Source: Patescibacteria group bacterium
GTDB taxonomy: Bacteria; Patescibacteriota; Patescibacteriia; XYB2-FULL-38-15
Direction of reading: 5' to 3'
DNA length: 64,000 nt
Assembly: GCA_041737355.1 (NCBI GenBank)
Contig: JBGSRW010000009.1
Coordinates: 5,323 to 69,322, forward strand
Position numbers and translations under genes: made by a program. The notes below the pieces were generated by a model, which was not told where the DNA came from, ran no database searches, and saw only the letters and a list, made by a program, of their open reading frames with translations. Of this stretch, positions 9,809 through 19,422 are shown one piece after another (positions within the stretch are counted from its first letter, which is position 1; each line of letters opens with the position of its first letter).

Positions 9809-10171
9809 TTTTCCACCTCCATCCCCTGATGGTCGCACTTCCTCCTTTTGGAATTTGGCGGCCATCCGGCTGGGCAAAATATTTTTGCTCAATCGGTCGG
9901 TCGTCACTTAATAATTTTAATCCTTCTTTCGGGAAAAAAGAAGGGGTTTCAAGACTTGCGTCCATCCACCCCCCCCTGCAGTTCAGTGCGCGCCCCGCGC
10001 TGCGGTTCTCAGAATTTTTTGTTCCTCCTCTTTCTTGCTGTGAGTTGCTGACTTGTCTCATCGCCGGCCTCATCTGCCGGCGTGCGCTTGCGGGGCCTCC
10101 CGCACAAAGTGCGGTACTCCGGTCCTTGGCCGGTTCTAGGCTGTAACCGGATTCCCCAGGTTCGGTGCTTT

Positions 10172-10201
10172 AAATTTATCATATTTTCTTAATTTTGTCA
10201 A
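10172..10201 (-). promoter_or_regulatory. Minus-strand sigma70-type promoter driving island I2 (TTGACAAAA-N14-TGATAAATT)
   Basis: Reverse complement reads cTTGACAAAAttaagaaaatatgaTAAATT; the 18-nt core is near-identical to the promoter at 11565-11593. Confidence 0.55.
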
Positions 10202-10306
10202 GAGTTGTTGACAGAATAAATAAAAATAGCCCTTACAAAAGGGCTTTATTTTATTAAAAGTTTATGCTATGATAACAAAATAATTAATCTTAAATTGTGC
10301 ATAAAT

Positions 10307-11065
10307 ATGCTCGAGAAAGAATTACAAAAATTAGGTCTGTCCGATAAAGAGGCTAAAGTTTATCTGTCCTCAATGGAACTTGGCCCTTCGCCCGTGCAAA
10401 ATATTGCCGGTAAAGCCGGAGTCAATCGGGCTACGACTTACGTGATGATCGAATCTTTAATTGGCAGGGGATTGATGAGCTCTTTTGAAAAAGGAAAGAA
10501 AAGATTTTTTACTTCAGGCTCTCCTGATCATCTTTTGGCCTTGCTCCACAAAGAGGAAGTTGAAATTAAAGAAAAAACCCGACAATTTGAAGAAATTTTG
10601 CCGGAATTGAAAACCCTTTTCGCCGCGGCCGAAGAAAAACCAAGATTAAGATTCTTCGAAGGCGCGGAAGGGTTAAGAGCGATTCAGGATGATATTTTAA
10701 AATCGAAATATGAGAGTTTTGAGGAAGTTGTGGCGCTGGATGAGTTTTACAAAATTTTTCCTCCCGACGACAAAGACCACAGAAAAAAATTGTCGGATAA
10801 GACAAAAGACATGTCTTTCAGGCTTATTTATACGACAGCCAAAGGGAAATCCCTATCCTCAAAAGAGGGAAGAAGAGAAAGGCGCTACATCCCGCCGGAA
10901 AAATTTCCTTTTTCAACCGATTTGGTTATCTATGGGCAAAAGGTAGCAATCGGAGTCTGCAAGGGTAAAATTATTGGAGTTATTATCGAGAGTAAGGAAA
11001 TCAGTGAAACCTTGAGGGCAATTTTCAACCTGGCCTGGGATGCGGCGGAAAAATACCAGAAATAA
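10307..11065 (+). CDS. TrmB-family transcriptional regulator
   Basis: N-terminal wHTH LSDKEAKVYLSSMELGPSPVQNIAGKAGVNRATTYVMIESLIGRGL typical of the TrmB family. Confidence 0.6.
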   Translation: MLEKELQKLGLSDKEAKVYLSSMELGPSPVQNIAGKAGVNRATTYVMIESLIGRGLMSSFEKGKKRFFTSGSPDHLLALLHKEEVEIKEKTRQFEEILPELKTLFAAAEEKPRLRFFEGAEGLRAIQDDILKSKYESFEEVVALDEFYKIFPPDDKDHRKKLSDKTKDMSFRLIYTTAKGKSLSSKEGRRERRYIPPEKFPFSTDLVIYGQKVAIGVCKGKIIGVIIESKEISETLRAIFNLAWDAAEKYQK

Positions 11066-11137
11066 AAAAATAGCCCGGTAATATGGTGCTGCGTCTCTGA
11101 TCTTGTAGCCAAGATGCAGACACCTTATTCCCGGGCT
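11062..11137. terminator. Bidirectional terminator-like hairpin
   Basis: agcccgg ... ccgggct outer stem with an inner hairpin, flanked by an A-run on the left and a T-containing stretch on the right. Confidence 0.5.
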
Positions 11138-11556
11138 TTGCGCCAGGGTTGAAGTCGGCTCGTGCCGGTTTATCTTCCCAGACGCTGGTTCTTCACTTCG
11201 ATCCGATTGGACCGACGACTTCCGCTCGTGCGGCAGGAGAAGGAGAGTCGTTACCCACCTTCACCACAGTTCGCCGTCCGTCGCTTCTGAAACCATCTTG
11301 AACCACTTCCGTGAGCTCCCCAAAACATGACGTTCATACCTCCTTCGCGGAGGACTTATCGGAAAGCAGCAAGCCAAGACCGTTAGGCCTCAAAGCTCTG
11401 CCGCGAAAATCCCGGGGCGATCACGAAATTGTGACCAAGCACCAAAGGATCCTCCTTTCTAGCGGCGTAAGCTTAAAAGCCCGCGAGTCGGTCGAGAAGT
11501 CGAGCTGCCATCCAAAAAAGTCTCCGCAATCTGATGCGGCGGGACACCCCGCCTTT
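11138..11556 (-). ncRNA. Candidate long structured non-coding RNA (island I3)
   Basis: Roughly 470 nt, G+C-rich, minus-strand unit between promoter (11565-11593) and terminator (11062-11137); no minus-strand ORF of 60 aa or more; many local helices; weak, unconvincing resemblance to RNase P CR-I/CR-II strings. Confidence 0.35.
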
Positions 11557-11564
11557 GATGGTTT

Positions 11565-11593
11565 AAATTTATCATATTTCAGAAGTTTTGTCA
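11565..11593 (-). promoter_or_regulatory. Minus-strand promoter driving island I3
   Basis: Reverse complement reads aTTGACAAAActtctgaaatatgaTAAATT; same core as the 10172-10201 promoter. Confidence 0.55.
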
Positions 11594-11632
11594 ATAGTTA
11601 ATAACAAAAGGCGGATTTTTAAAAGAAAAAGT

Positions 11633-12613
11633 ATGTCTTTCAGCGAGATTATCGGCCATAAAAATGTTATAAGTTTTTTAGAAAAAAGCGTGAAAAACGG
11701 TCAAGTTTCCCACGCTTATTTGTTTTATGGCCCGAAACGGCTCGGTAAGGGAACAATCGCGGAAAAATTCGCCGAGATGCTCGTTGGCCAGCCGGTTGCC
11801 GGGCATCCGGATGTTTATTTTATCCGCCGGGAGAAAGATGAAAAAGAGGAGAAAATGATGAGTGAAATAAGTATTGCTCAGATGCGGGAATTGGAGAGAA
11901 AACTTTCCTTAAGCTCCTTTTTAAACTCGTATAAAATTGCTATTATAGAAGAGGCGGAAACTATGAGTATTGAGGCGGCCAACAGTCTTTTGAAGACCCT
12001 GGAAGAGCCGACGCCAAAAACGCTGATTATTCTTTTATCTTCAAGTTTGTCGGCGCTGCCGGCAACGATAGTTTCGCGCTGCCAGACCTTAAAATTTTTG
12101 CCGGTCAGCGAAAAAGAAATTTACCAATATCTGGTCGGCCGGGGAGCGGGAAGGGACGAAGCTCAAAATTTTTCCAAGGCCTCATGGGGAAAACCGGGAG
12201 CGGCCATAAATTTTTGGGAAACAAGAAACGAAAGCGATTCTTCGGCGATGGCCAGCTATCTCGAGGACGTGAAAGGGATAATTGATCTCATGAAAGATGA
12301 TACTTTGGCTGGAAAAATGAAAATTTTTGAAAAATATTTTAATAAAGAAAAAGCTCCGGAAGATCTCACCAACTCTCTGAACAGAATTTTGTCGCTTTGG
12401 ATTTCCGTCTTGCGCGATGCGGCGCTCGTAAAAACAAATTGTTCGGAGATGATTTCCAATCAGATATTTCTTGAGGACATAAAAAAAATAGCCCGAAGGT
12501 TTGACGCGGGGTTTTTCCCCAAACTTTACGGAGAAATAGGCCAGGCGAGCCGTTATTTCCGGGACAATTTCAACCCCCGGTTAGTTTTGGAAAATTTAAT
12601 GTTATCTTTTTAA
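11633..12613 (+). CDS. holB: DNA polymerase III delta-prime subunit
   Basis: AAA+ clamp-loader N-terminus (HAYLFYGPKRLGKGT), SRC motif (SRCQ). Confidence 0.7.
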   Translation: MSFSEIIGHKNVISFLEKSVKNGQVSHAYLFYGPKRLGKGTIAEKFAEMLVGQPVAGHPDVYFIRREKDEKEEKMMSEISIAQMRELERKLSLSSFLNSYKIAIIEEAETMSIEAANSLLKTLEEPTPKTLIILLSSSLSALPATIVSRCQTLKFLPVSEKEIYQYLVGRGAGRDEAQNFSKASWGKPGAAINFWETRNESDSSAMASYLEDVKGIIDLMKDDTLAGKMKIFEKYFNKEKAPEDLTNSLNRILSLWISVLRDAALVKTNCSEMISNQIFLEDIKKIARRFDAGFFPKLYGEIGQASRYFRDNFNPRLVLENLMLSF

Positions 12614-12625
12614 TAATTTAACTTT

Positions 12626-13681
12626 ATGAAAAAAAATCATCTCATCTTATTTCTGGTTGCCGGTATGATCCTGATGGGTCCGGGCTGTATCAGTTTTAGC
12701 GGCGGATCGTCCGGCGGAAACGACGGCGGAGTTTTCAAATCGACCGACAAAGCCGAAAATTGGCAGCAAAAAGTCGCGGTAGCGGCCACAACGCCGTCCA
12801 CCATTGCCAATGTCAATGTCGTGACCATGGTTTTTGATCCCGAGGATTCGCGGACAATTTACCTCGGAACGGCGGAAAACGGCCTGTTTTATACTTTGGA
12901 CGGGGGAGAATCGTGGTTTTCCGGAGGAGCCCTTTCGGCCGGAAAAATAAATTCCATAGGCGTTGACGCAAAGGATAAATGCAATGTTTACGCTTCCATC
13001 GGTAACAAAATTTTTAAGACTTCGGACTGTCTCCGGTCTTGGCAGAATGTCTATGTCGATACTAGGGCCGACCAGGCGGTTACGGCTATCGCGGTTGATT
13101 CCTACAATCCGACAATAGTTTATGCCGGTCTTTCGGGCGGAGATTTTTTGAAATCAACCGACCGGGGGGCAAGCTGGGCGGTAACGAAAAGATTTGAAAA
13201 TCAAATCGCGAAAATTTTGGTAAACTTTTACGATACAAGAATTGTTTATGTCGCAACTTCCGAACGCGGTATCTGGAAATCGACGGACGGGGGAGCGAAC
13301 TGGGCGGATTTGAGCGAAAAATTGAATCAATACGACGGGGCGAGAAGTTTCAAAAATTTGCTGATGGATGTCGCCCAGCGCGACGCCTTGTTCCTCGTTT
13401 CCCGTTACGGAATTTTGAAATCTTCTGACGGGGGAGCGAACTGGCAGCCAATCGGGCTTCTTACGCCGCCCGGCAGCATCGATATTTCCGCTTCAGCGAT
13501 CAATCCGCAAAACGGAAACGAGATTTATTACGGGACAACCTCGACGCTTTATAAAACGGCCGACGGCGGAGCAAGATGGGTGACGAGAAAACTTCCGACA
13601 ACCCGCATCGCGACCTTTTTGACGGTTGATCCGGCGAACGGAGGGACCGTCTATCTCGGAACAACCAAACCAAAGCAATAA
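12626..13681 (+). CDS. BNR/Asp-box repeat beta-propeller lipoprotein (Ycf48/sialidase-like)
   Basis: Signal peptide with a lipobox-like GPGC; repeated S-x-D-G-G-x-x-W Asp-box motifs. Confidence 0.6.
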   Translation: MKKNHLILFLVAGMILMGPGCISFSGGSSGGNDGGVFKSTDKAENWQQKVAVAATTPSTIANVNVVTMVFDPEDSRTIYLGTAENGLFYTLDGGESWFSGGALSAGKINSIGVDAKDKCNVYASIGNKIFKTSDCLRSWQNVYVDTRADQAVTAIAVDSYNPTIVYAGLSGGDFLKSTDRGASWAVTKRFENQIAKILVNFYDTRIVYVATSERGIWKSTDGGANWADLSEKLNQYDGARSFKNLLMDVAQRDALFLVSRYGILKSSDGGANWQPIGLLTPPGSIDISASAINPQNGNEIYYGTTSTLYKTADGGARWVTRKLPTTRIATFLTVDPANGGTVYLGTTKPKQ

Positions 13682-13705
13682 CAAATTATAGATAAAAATA
13701 AAAAT

Positions 13706-14260
13706 ATGAATAGTCTTTTGGAAACACACAAACCTAATTTCGCCAAAGTTTTGGAACACCTCAAAACTGAATTGTCATCTCTCCGGACCGGACGGGCTCA
13801 TCCTTCGATTGTGGAAAATATTATTGTCGAGGCATACGGGGTTAAAACTCCCATCCGCGGTTTGGCCAATATTATAATTTCCGATCCGAAGACCCTGATC
13901 GTTGAGCCGTGGGATAAGAGTGTTATCAAGGATATGGAAAAAGCTATTCAGATGGCCAATATTGGGATCAATCCGGTAAATGAGGGAACAAAGATCCGCC
14001 TTTCCATGCCCCAGATGACCGAGGAAAACCGCAAGGAAATGATAAAAATTATGGGGCAGAAATTGGAACAGTCGCGGATCAGTTTACGGAGCGTTCGGGA
14101 AATGGTTAAGGATGAAATCGCCAAAGCGGAAAAAGATAACAAAATTGCCGAAGATGAAAAGTTCCGGGCGACGGAAGAATTGGAGAAATTCGTTAAAGAA
14201 CAGAACGACGAGATAAAAGCGATTGGCGATAAAAAAGAGCAGGAATTAATGACAATCTAA
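13706..14260 (+). CDS. frr: Ribosome recycling factor
   Basis: Full-length RRF similarity (ELSSLRTGRAHPSIVENI..). Confidence 0.9.
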   Translation: MNSLLETHKPNFAKVLEHLKTELSSLRTGRAHPSIVENIIVEAYGVKTPIRGLANIIISDPKTLIVEPWDKSVIKDMEKAIQMANIGINPVNEGTKIRLSMPQMTEENRKEMIKIMGQKLEQSRISLRSVREMVKDEIAKAEKDNKIAEDEKFRATEELEKFVKEQNDEIKAIGDKKEQELMTI

Positions 14261-14265
14261 TTTTT

Positions 14266-15600
14266 ATGGCGCAAAAAGAAAATCAAAACGAATTGATGGA
14301 AAAAATAGTTTCCTTGTGTAAACGCCGCGGTTTTATTTTTCCCGGTTCGGAAATTTACGGAGGTTTGAGTAATTCCTGGGATTACGGACCGTTGGGCGTT
14401 GAACTTAAAAATAATATCAAACAGGCCTGGTGGAGAAAATTTGTCCATCAGAGAACCGATATGGTCGGGATTGACGCGGCCTTGATTATGAATCCGAAAG
14501 TCTGGGAGGCCTCGGGGCATCTGCAAAATTTTACCGATCCCTTGGTTGAATGCAAAAAATGCCATAACCGTTTCCGGGCCGACAAAATCGAAAGCGACAA
14601 ATGTCCGGATTGCGGCGGCGAGCTTACTTCGGCAAAACAGTTCAATTTGATGTTCAAGACTTTTATCGGATCTTCCGAAGAATCGGCCAACATCGCTTAT
14701 TTCCGTCCGGAAACCGCTCAGGCCATGTTTGTCGATTTCCGATCCGTGCTCGATAGCAGTCGGAAAAGAATTCCTTTTGGCATTGCCCAAGTCGGCAAAG
14801 CTTTCAGGAACGAAATCACACCGGGAAATTTCATTTTCCGGACGCGCGAATTTGAACAGATGGAAATAGAATATTTTATCCGGGAGAAAGAATGGGGAAA
14901 AAGTTTTGAATATTGGCTTAGCGAAATGTACGACTGGATGAAAATGTTGGGATTAAAAAAAGAGCATCTGCACGACCTTGAAGTTCCGGACGGCGAGCGC
15001 GCCCATTACTCCAAGAGAACCATTGATATTGAATATGATTTTCCGTTTGGCAAAGACGAGCTTTACGGCATTGCTTACCGGACGGATTTTGATTTAGGGA
15101 ACCATTCAAAATCAAGCGGCCAGGAATTGGTTTATACCGATCCGGAAAGCAAAGAAAAATTTATTCCCCACGTGATCGAGCCGACTTTCGGTGTTGACCG
15201 TTCGGTACTCGCGGTTTTGACGGAGAGCTACACCGAAGAAGAAGCCCCGACCTCGGAAGAAGGAAAAACCGAGCCGAGAATAGTTTTAAAATTTCCAAAA
15301 TGGCTCGCCCCGGTTAAGGTTGCTATCTTGCCGCTTTCTAAAAAAGAAGAATTATCAAAAGTGGCGCGGCCGCTTTACGAAGAGTTGGTCAAGCATTTCG
15401 TTTGCGAATACGACGAGACCCAGTCGATCGGCAAACGTTACCGCCGCCAAGATGAAATCGGCACGCCGTATTGTGTGACGGTTGATTTTGAAACGCTCGA
15501 AGACAAAGCCGTGACGGTCCGCGACCGCGATACGATGAAACAGGAGAGAATAAAAATTGCCGAGCTGGCCGATTACTTAAAAGAGAAATTAAATTTGTAG
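14266..15600 (+). CDS. glyQS: Glycine--tRNA ligase (alpha2-type GlyRS)
   Basis: N-terminus KRRGFIFPGSEIYGGLSNSWDYGPLGVELKNNIKQAWW matches dimeric GlyRS; class II motifs. Confidence 0.85.
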   Translation: MAQKENQNELMEKIVSLCKRRGFIFPGSEIYGGLSNSWDYGPLGVELKNNIKQAWWRKFVHQRTDMVGIDAALIMNPKVWEASGHLQNFTDPLVECKKCHNRFRADKIESDKCPDCGGELTSAKQFNLMFKTFIGSSEESANIAYFRPETAQAMFVDFRSVLDSSRKRIPFGIAQVGKAFRNEITPGNFIFRTREFEQMEIEYFIREKEWGKSFEYWLSEMYDWMKMLGLKKEHLHDLEVPDGERAHYSKRTIDIEYDFPFGKDELYGIAYRTDFDLGNHSKSSGQELVYTDPESKEKFIPHVIEPTFGVDRSVLAVLTESYTEEEAPTSEEGKTEPRIVLKFPKWLAPVKVAILPLSKKEELSKVARPLYEELVKHFVCEYDETQSIGKRYRRQDEIGTPYCVTVDFETLEDKAVTVRDRDTMKQERIKIAELADYLKEKLNL

Positions 15601-15607
15601 ATTAAAT

Positions 15608-16879
15608 ATGTTTCAAAAAAAAATTTTAAAGAACGGCGTCCGGATGATTACCGCGCCGATCGCCGGAACCGAAGCGGCGACAATTTTGGTTTTGTATAAA
15701 GTCGGTTCGCGCTACGAAACGAAAGAAGTGAACGGCATTTCCCATTTTATAGAACACATGATGTTCAAGGGAACAGCGAAACGTCCGGACACCTTGGCTA
15801 TCTCCCGCGACCTGGACAGCGTCGGAGCCGAATATAATGCTTTTACTTCCCGCGACCATACCGGCTACTACATAAAGATTGAACAGGATAAAATTGAACT
15901 GGCTCTCGACATGCTCTCGGACATGCTTTTCAATTCCAAGTTCGATGAAGAGGAAATCCGGCGCGAGGCGGGAGTAATATCTGAAGAGATAAGGATGTAT
16001 GAAGACAATCCGATAATGTTTATTGACGATCTGTTCGAGCAGACGCTGTTTGGCGATCATCCGCTCGGCTGGAAAATAAGCGGAGACGTGGCAACGGTTA
16101 GAAGCTTCAACCGGAAAAAAATGCTGGAGTACCGAGATGAATATTATCAGCCGAATAATCTTGTTTTGATTCTGGCCGGGAAATTCGGGGAGAAAGATGT
16201 AGCTCTGGCGGAAAAATATTTCGGTTCCTCGGGCGTGAAAGTTGATCCGGCCTTCAATAAATTCGATTTTGGCGGGGGGAAAAACGCCGGATCGAAAATA
16301 AAAATCCAATACAAAGATACCGAACAGGTTCAATTGGCTCTCGGATTTCCGGGGTTTTCTTATTTTGATTCGGAAATTTATGCCCTGCAGCTTTTGGCAA
16401 TAATTTTGGGCGGCTACATGAGTTCCCGGCTTTTTATCTCTATCCGTGAGAAGCGGGGATTGTGCTATTTTATAAAATCTTATGTCAATGTTTACGAAGA
16501 TGTCGGAAATTTAGTTATCCAGTCTGGTCTTGATAAAACAAGAATTACTTCGGCAATCGGGGCGATTTTTGAAGAATTGGATAAAGTATCGCGCGAGGGG
16601 ATTGAAAAGGAAGAACTTGAGCGGGCTAAAGAGTGTATAAAAGGACGTCTGGTTTTGGCTCTTGAGGATTCAAGCCAGGTTGCCGATTGGTTTGCCAAAC
16701 AGGAGCTTTTGACCAAAGAAATTCTTACGCCCGAAGAAAAGTTAAAGAAAATATTCGCTGTCACTGCCGCCGATATCCAAAAAGTCGCCAAGGAAGTAAT
16801 GCAAAAGAAAAAAATGAGCTTGGCTCTGATTGGGCCGTTCAAGGACGAAGCGCCTTTCGCCAAATTTTTAAAAATTTAA
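15608..16879 (+). CDS. M16-family zinc peptidase (insulinase-like)
   Basis: Inverted zinc-binding motif HFIEHMMF (HxxEH) followed by E..EY. Confidence 0.8.
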   Translation: MFQKKILKNGVRMITAPIAGTEAATILVLYKVGSRYETKEVNGISHFIEHMMFKGTAKRPDTLAISRDLDSVGAEYNAFTSRDHTGYYIKIEQDKIELALDMLSDMLFNSKFDEEEIRREAGVISEEIRMYEDNPIMFIDDLFEQTLFGDHPLGWKISGDVATVRSFNRKKMLEYRDEYYQPNNLVLILAGKFGEKDVALAEKYFGSSGVKVDPAFNKFDFGGGKNAGSKIKIQYKDTEQVQLALGFPGFSYFDSEIYALQLLAIILGGYMSSRLFISIREKRGLCYFIKSYVNVYEDVGNLVIQSGLDKTRITSAIGAIFEELDKVSREGIEKEELERAKECIKGRLVLALEDSSQVADWFAKQELLTKEILTPEEKLKKIFAVTAADIQKVAKEVMQKKKMSLALIGPFKDEAPFAKFLKI

Positions 16880-16885
16880 TTTTTT

Positions 16886-17659
16886 ATGAAAAAAAAGATT
16901 TTTGTCGCCAACTGGAAAATGAATCTTTCGGTTTCCGAAGCGGCCGATCTTACCGGGAGTCTCGGGAAAGAGCTCGGGAAGCTTGATTTGGGAAAAGTGG
17001 AAATTGTTCTTTGCCCTTCATTCACTTCGCTTTTTTCTTTGCATGAATTATTGGAAGCGGACAACCCGGCGGATTTAAAATTGGGAGCGCAGGATGTTTT
17101 TAGGGAAGAAAAAGGAGCTTTTACCGGAGAAATATCCCCGAAGATGCTTGAAGATGTCGGCTGCAATTATGTAATTGTCGGCCATTCGGAGCGGAGGGTG
17201 AATTTCGGCGAAACTGACGAAACGGTTAATCAAAAAGTCAAAGCCGTCCTAAAGCACGATATTACCCCGATAATATGCGTCGGAGAAACTTTTGACGAGA
17301 GGCAGAAGGGTCTGAGAGACGTTATAGTCGCGAGACAAACCGGCAAGGCGCTTCACGGCGTCGAGCTTTTTGGCAATAAAAAAGTAATTATTGCCTACGA
17401 ACCGATTTGGGTGATAGGAACGGGCCAGGCGGTCATTCCGGAAGATGCTGATCACTCGCACCGGATCATCCGCGAGGCGCTTCTTGAAATTTTCCCGGTC
17501 GATATCGTCGAAAAACATTTCCGGATCATTTATGGAGGGAGTGTTGACAGTAAAAATATCAAAGATTTTGTTGAACAGGAGGGGATTGACGGAGTTTTGG
17601 TCGGAGGAGCATCGCTTAAAGTCGACGAATTTGTTAAAATGATAAAAGGGATTGTCTAA
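16886..17659 (+). CDS. tpiA: Triosephosphate isomerase
   Basis: FVANWKMN start, AYEPIWAIGTG motif. Confidence 0.9.
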   Translation: MKKKIFVANWKMNLSVSEAADLTGSLGKELGKLDLGKVEIVLCPSFTSLFSLHELLEADNPADLKLGAQDVFREEKGAFTGEISPKMLEDVGCNYVIVGHSERRVNFGETDETVNQKVKAVLKHDITPIICVGETFDERQKGLRDVIVARQTGKALHGVELFGNKKVIIAYEPIWVIGTGQAVIPEDADHSHRIIREALLEIFPVDIVEKHFRIIYGGSVDSKNIKDFVEQEGIDGVLVGGASLKVDEFVKMIKGIV

Positions 17660-17679
17660 AAATTTCAAAAAATAAATTC

Positions 17680-18549
17680 ATGCCGATTGTCCACATAAAA
17701 AATTTAGTCAAAGGAGCCGAGCGCGGCAAATACGGGCTTGGCGCTTTTAATACGCAAAATCTTGAAATCACATTGGGGATTGTCCGCGGCGCGGAGCGTA
17801 TGGAAGCGCCGGTCATAGTCCAGGTGAGCGAGGCAACAATAGATTACGCCGGATTAAAACCGATTACCCATATCGTAGAGACAGTGGCAAAAAATTTAGC
17901 CTTGCGGGCTCCGATGGCGTTGCATTTGGATCACGGCAAGAAATTCCAGTCAATCGTCGAGTGCATTAAAGCCGGTTTTTCCTCGATTATGATGGACGCT
18001 TCGGATTTACCTTTTGATGAAAATGTCGCCCTGACCAGGAAAGCGGTTCAGTATGCCCATAAACACGGCGTTTGGGCCCAAGGGGAATTGGGAAGACTGA
18101 AAGGAATCGAGGATACGGTAAAGGTTGCCGGACGGGACGCTTTCATGACTCACCCCGACGAGGCGGCGGAGTTCGTCAAAAAAACCGGAGTTGATACCCT
18201 GGCTGTTTCTATAGGCAATATCCACGGAATCGTTAAATTAAGAAAAGGGGTCCCCAAACTTGACTTGCAAAGACTGAGGGAAATTTCCCGGAAGGTAGGG
18301 ATTCCGCTCGTTCTGCATGGCGCCTCCGGTATAAAAAAAGACGAAATAGAAAAAGCGATAAAATTAGGAATTAAAATTATCAATATTGATACGGAAATCA
18401 GGCTGGCTTTTACCGAATCCCTGAGAAAGACTTTGGCTGGCGACCGACAGATATACGATCCGCGCAAGGTTTTATCGCCGGCGATAAAAGAAGTTGAAGA
18501 AATTGTTTCCGCAAAGATAAAAATTTTTGGCAGTGAGGGTAAATTTTAA
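17680..18549 (+). CDS. fba: Class II fructose/tagatose-bisphosphate aldolase
   Basis: GAFN.. N-terminus, HLDHG metal-binding motif. Confidence 0.8.
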   Translation: MPIVHIKNLVKGAERGKYGLGAFNTQNLEITLGIVRGAERMEAPVIVQVSEATIDYAGLKPITHIVETVAKNLALRAPMALHLDHGKKFQSIVECIKAGFSSIMMDASDLPFDENVALTRKAVQYAHKHGVWAQGELGRLKGIEDTVKVAGRDAFMTHPDEAAEFVKKTGVDTLAVSIGNIHGIVKLRKGVPKLDLQRLREISRKVGIPLVLHGASGIKKDEIEKAIKLGIKIINIDTEIRLAFTESLRKTLAGDRQIYDPRKVLSPAIKEVEEIVSAKIKIFGSEGKF

Positions 18550-18629
18550 ATAAAAAAATTAAACATTGAAAATTATCCGCCCGAGGCGGGTTCGCCTCTC
18601 GAAGCGGAGGAATTTAAAATTATATATTT

Positions 18630-19415
18630 ATGTCTCCTTACGATATTATTCCGCTAGTGATCATAGTTGTTTCCTTGGCCTTTATTATTTTTATAATTGT
18701 CAGAAAATTTCCTGTTTTGGCGGCAATCGACATCGGGTCGATAAAGAGTGAACAGGAGGCGGCAAAAAAAGAGGAGATTATCGCGTCCCGCCTGGAAAGA
18801 AAAATTACCGGTTTTGGAAATTTTTTATCCAAAGTTTTTTCTCCTCTTGGCGAATTTTTTAAAAATATTTTTAAAAAAGTCCATGGCCGGGCGCGGAGCC
18901 TGGAAGCCGAGTATGTCAAGAAAAAAGACAAGGAAGCGTCATCTCCGGCCGAAATCGAACAAAAAATAAAATCATTGTTTTTTTTGGTTGAAGAACTGGT
19001 CAAAGAAAAAAAGTTTGATGAAGCGGAGCAAAAATGCATAGAAATAATTTCCTTTGATCATAAGAACACCGACGCTTACAAAAAATTAGGATTTATTTAT
19101 CTCGAACAGAAAAATTATAATAATGCCGAAGAAACATTTGCTCATATTCTCAAATTGATTCCCGACGATGTGGAAACCTTGATTGATTTGGGGCTTCTCC
19201 TTAAGCAGCGGGACGAAAAAGAAAAGGCCCTGCAAAGTTTTTCCAGAGCAGTTGAAATTGAACCGACAAATCCCAAAAACCTTGATTTTTTAATTGAGAT
19301 AAGTATAATGGTAGGGAATAAGGGTTTGGCTTCAAAAACGCTCGAAAAGCTGAAGGAAGTCAACCCCGAGAATCAGAAGTTGGAAGAACTGGAGGAAAGA
19401 ATAAAAAATATTTAG
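18630..19415 (+). CDS. TPR-repeat protein with N-terminal TM anchor
   Basis: TM segment then TPR-like repeats (AYKKLGFIYLEQKNYNNAEETF..); the 3' end lies within an 85-bp direct repeat. Confidence 0.6.
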   Translation: MSPYDIIPLVIIVVSLAFIIFIIVRKFPVLAAIDIGSIKSEQEAAKKEEIIASRLERKITGFGNFLSKVFSPLGEFFKNIFKKVHGRARSLEAEYVKKKDKEASSPAEIEQKIKSLFFLVEELVKEKKFDEAEQKCIEIISFDHKNTDAYKKLGFIYLEQKNYNNAEETFAHILKLIPDDVETLIDLGLLLKQRDEKEKALQSFSRAVEIEPTNPKNLDFLIEISIMVGNKGLASKTLEKLKEVNPENQKLEELEERIKNI

Positions 19416-19418
19416 AAA
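19334..19418 (+). repeat. 85-bp direct repeat, copy 1 (3' end of TPR gene); copy 2 at 20350-20434
   Basis: Identical aaaaacgctcgaaaagctgaaggaagtcaaccccgagaatcagaagttggaagaactggaggaaagaataaaaaatatttagaaa at both sites. Confidence 0.85.
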
Positions 19419-19422
19419 TTGT

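Noticed and set aside
9607-10146. 179-aa plus-strand ORF (Arg/Pro-rich) and 9549-9776 plus-strand ORF in island I2
   Set aside because: Low-complexity RP-rich translation typical of the non-coding frame of G+C-rich DNA; the unit is transcribed from the minus-strand promoter.
10208-10213. Plus-strand TTGACA just upstream of trmB as its promoter
   Set aside because: No acceptable -10 hexamer at 16-18 nt spacing; left as uncertain. The well-formed promoter in this intergenic region is the minus-strand one.
11138-11556. Calling island I3 RNase P RNA (rnpB)
   Set aside because: Only loose CR-I/CR-II resemblance with a deletion in the invariant GGUAAGAGC region and the wrong element order; needs covariance-model testing.
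11311-11601. 96-aa plus-strand ORF inside island I3
   Set aside because: No RBS, opposite to the promoter orientation, implausible composition; the region is better explained as structured RNA.
14257-14790. 177-aa minus-strand ORF
   Set aside because: Lies entirely antisense within glyQS, which has strong full-length homology; no RBS or promoter.
15626-16333. 235-aa minus-strand ORF
   Set aside because: Antisense to the M16 peptidase gene; composition is unlike real proteins.
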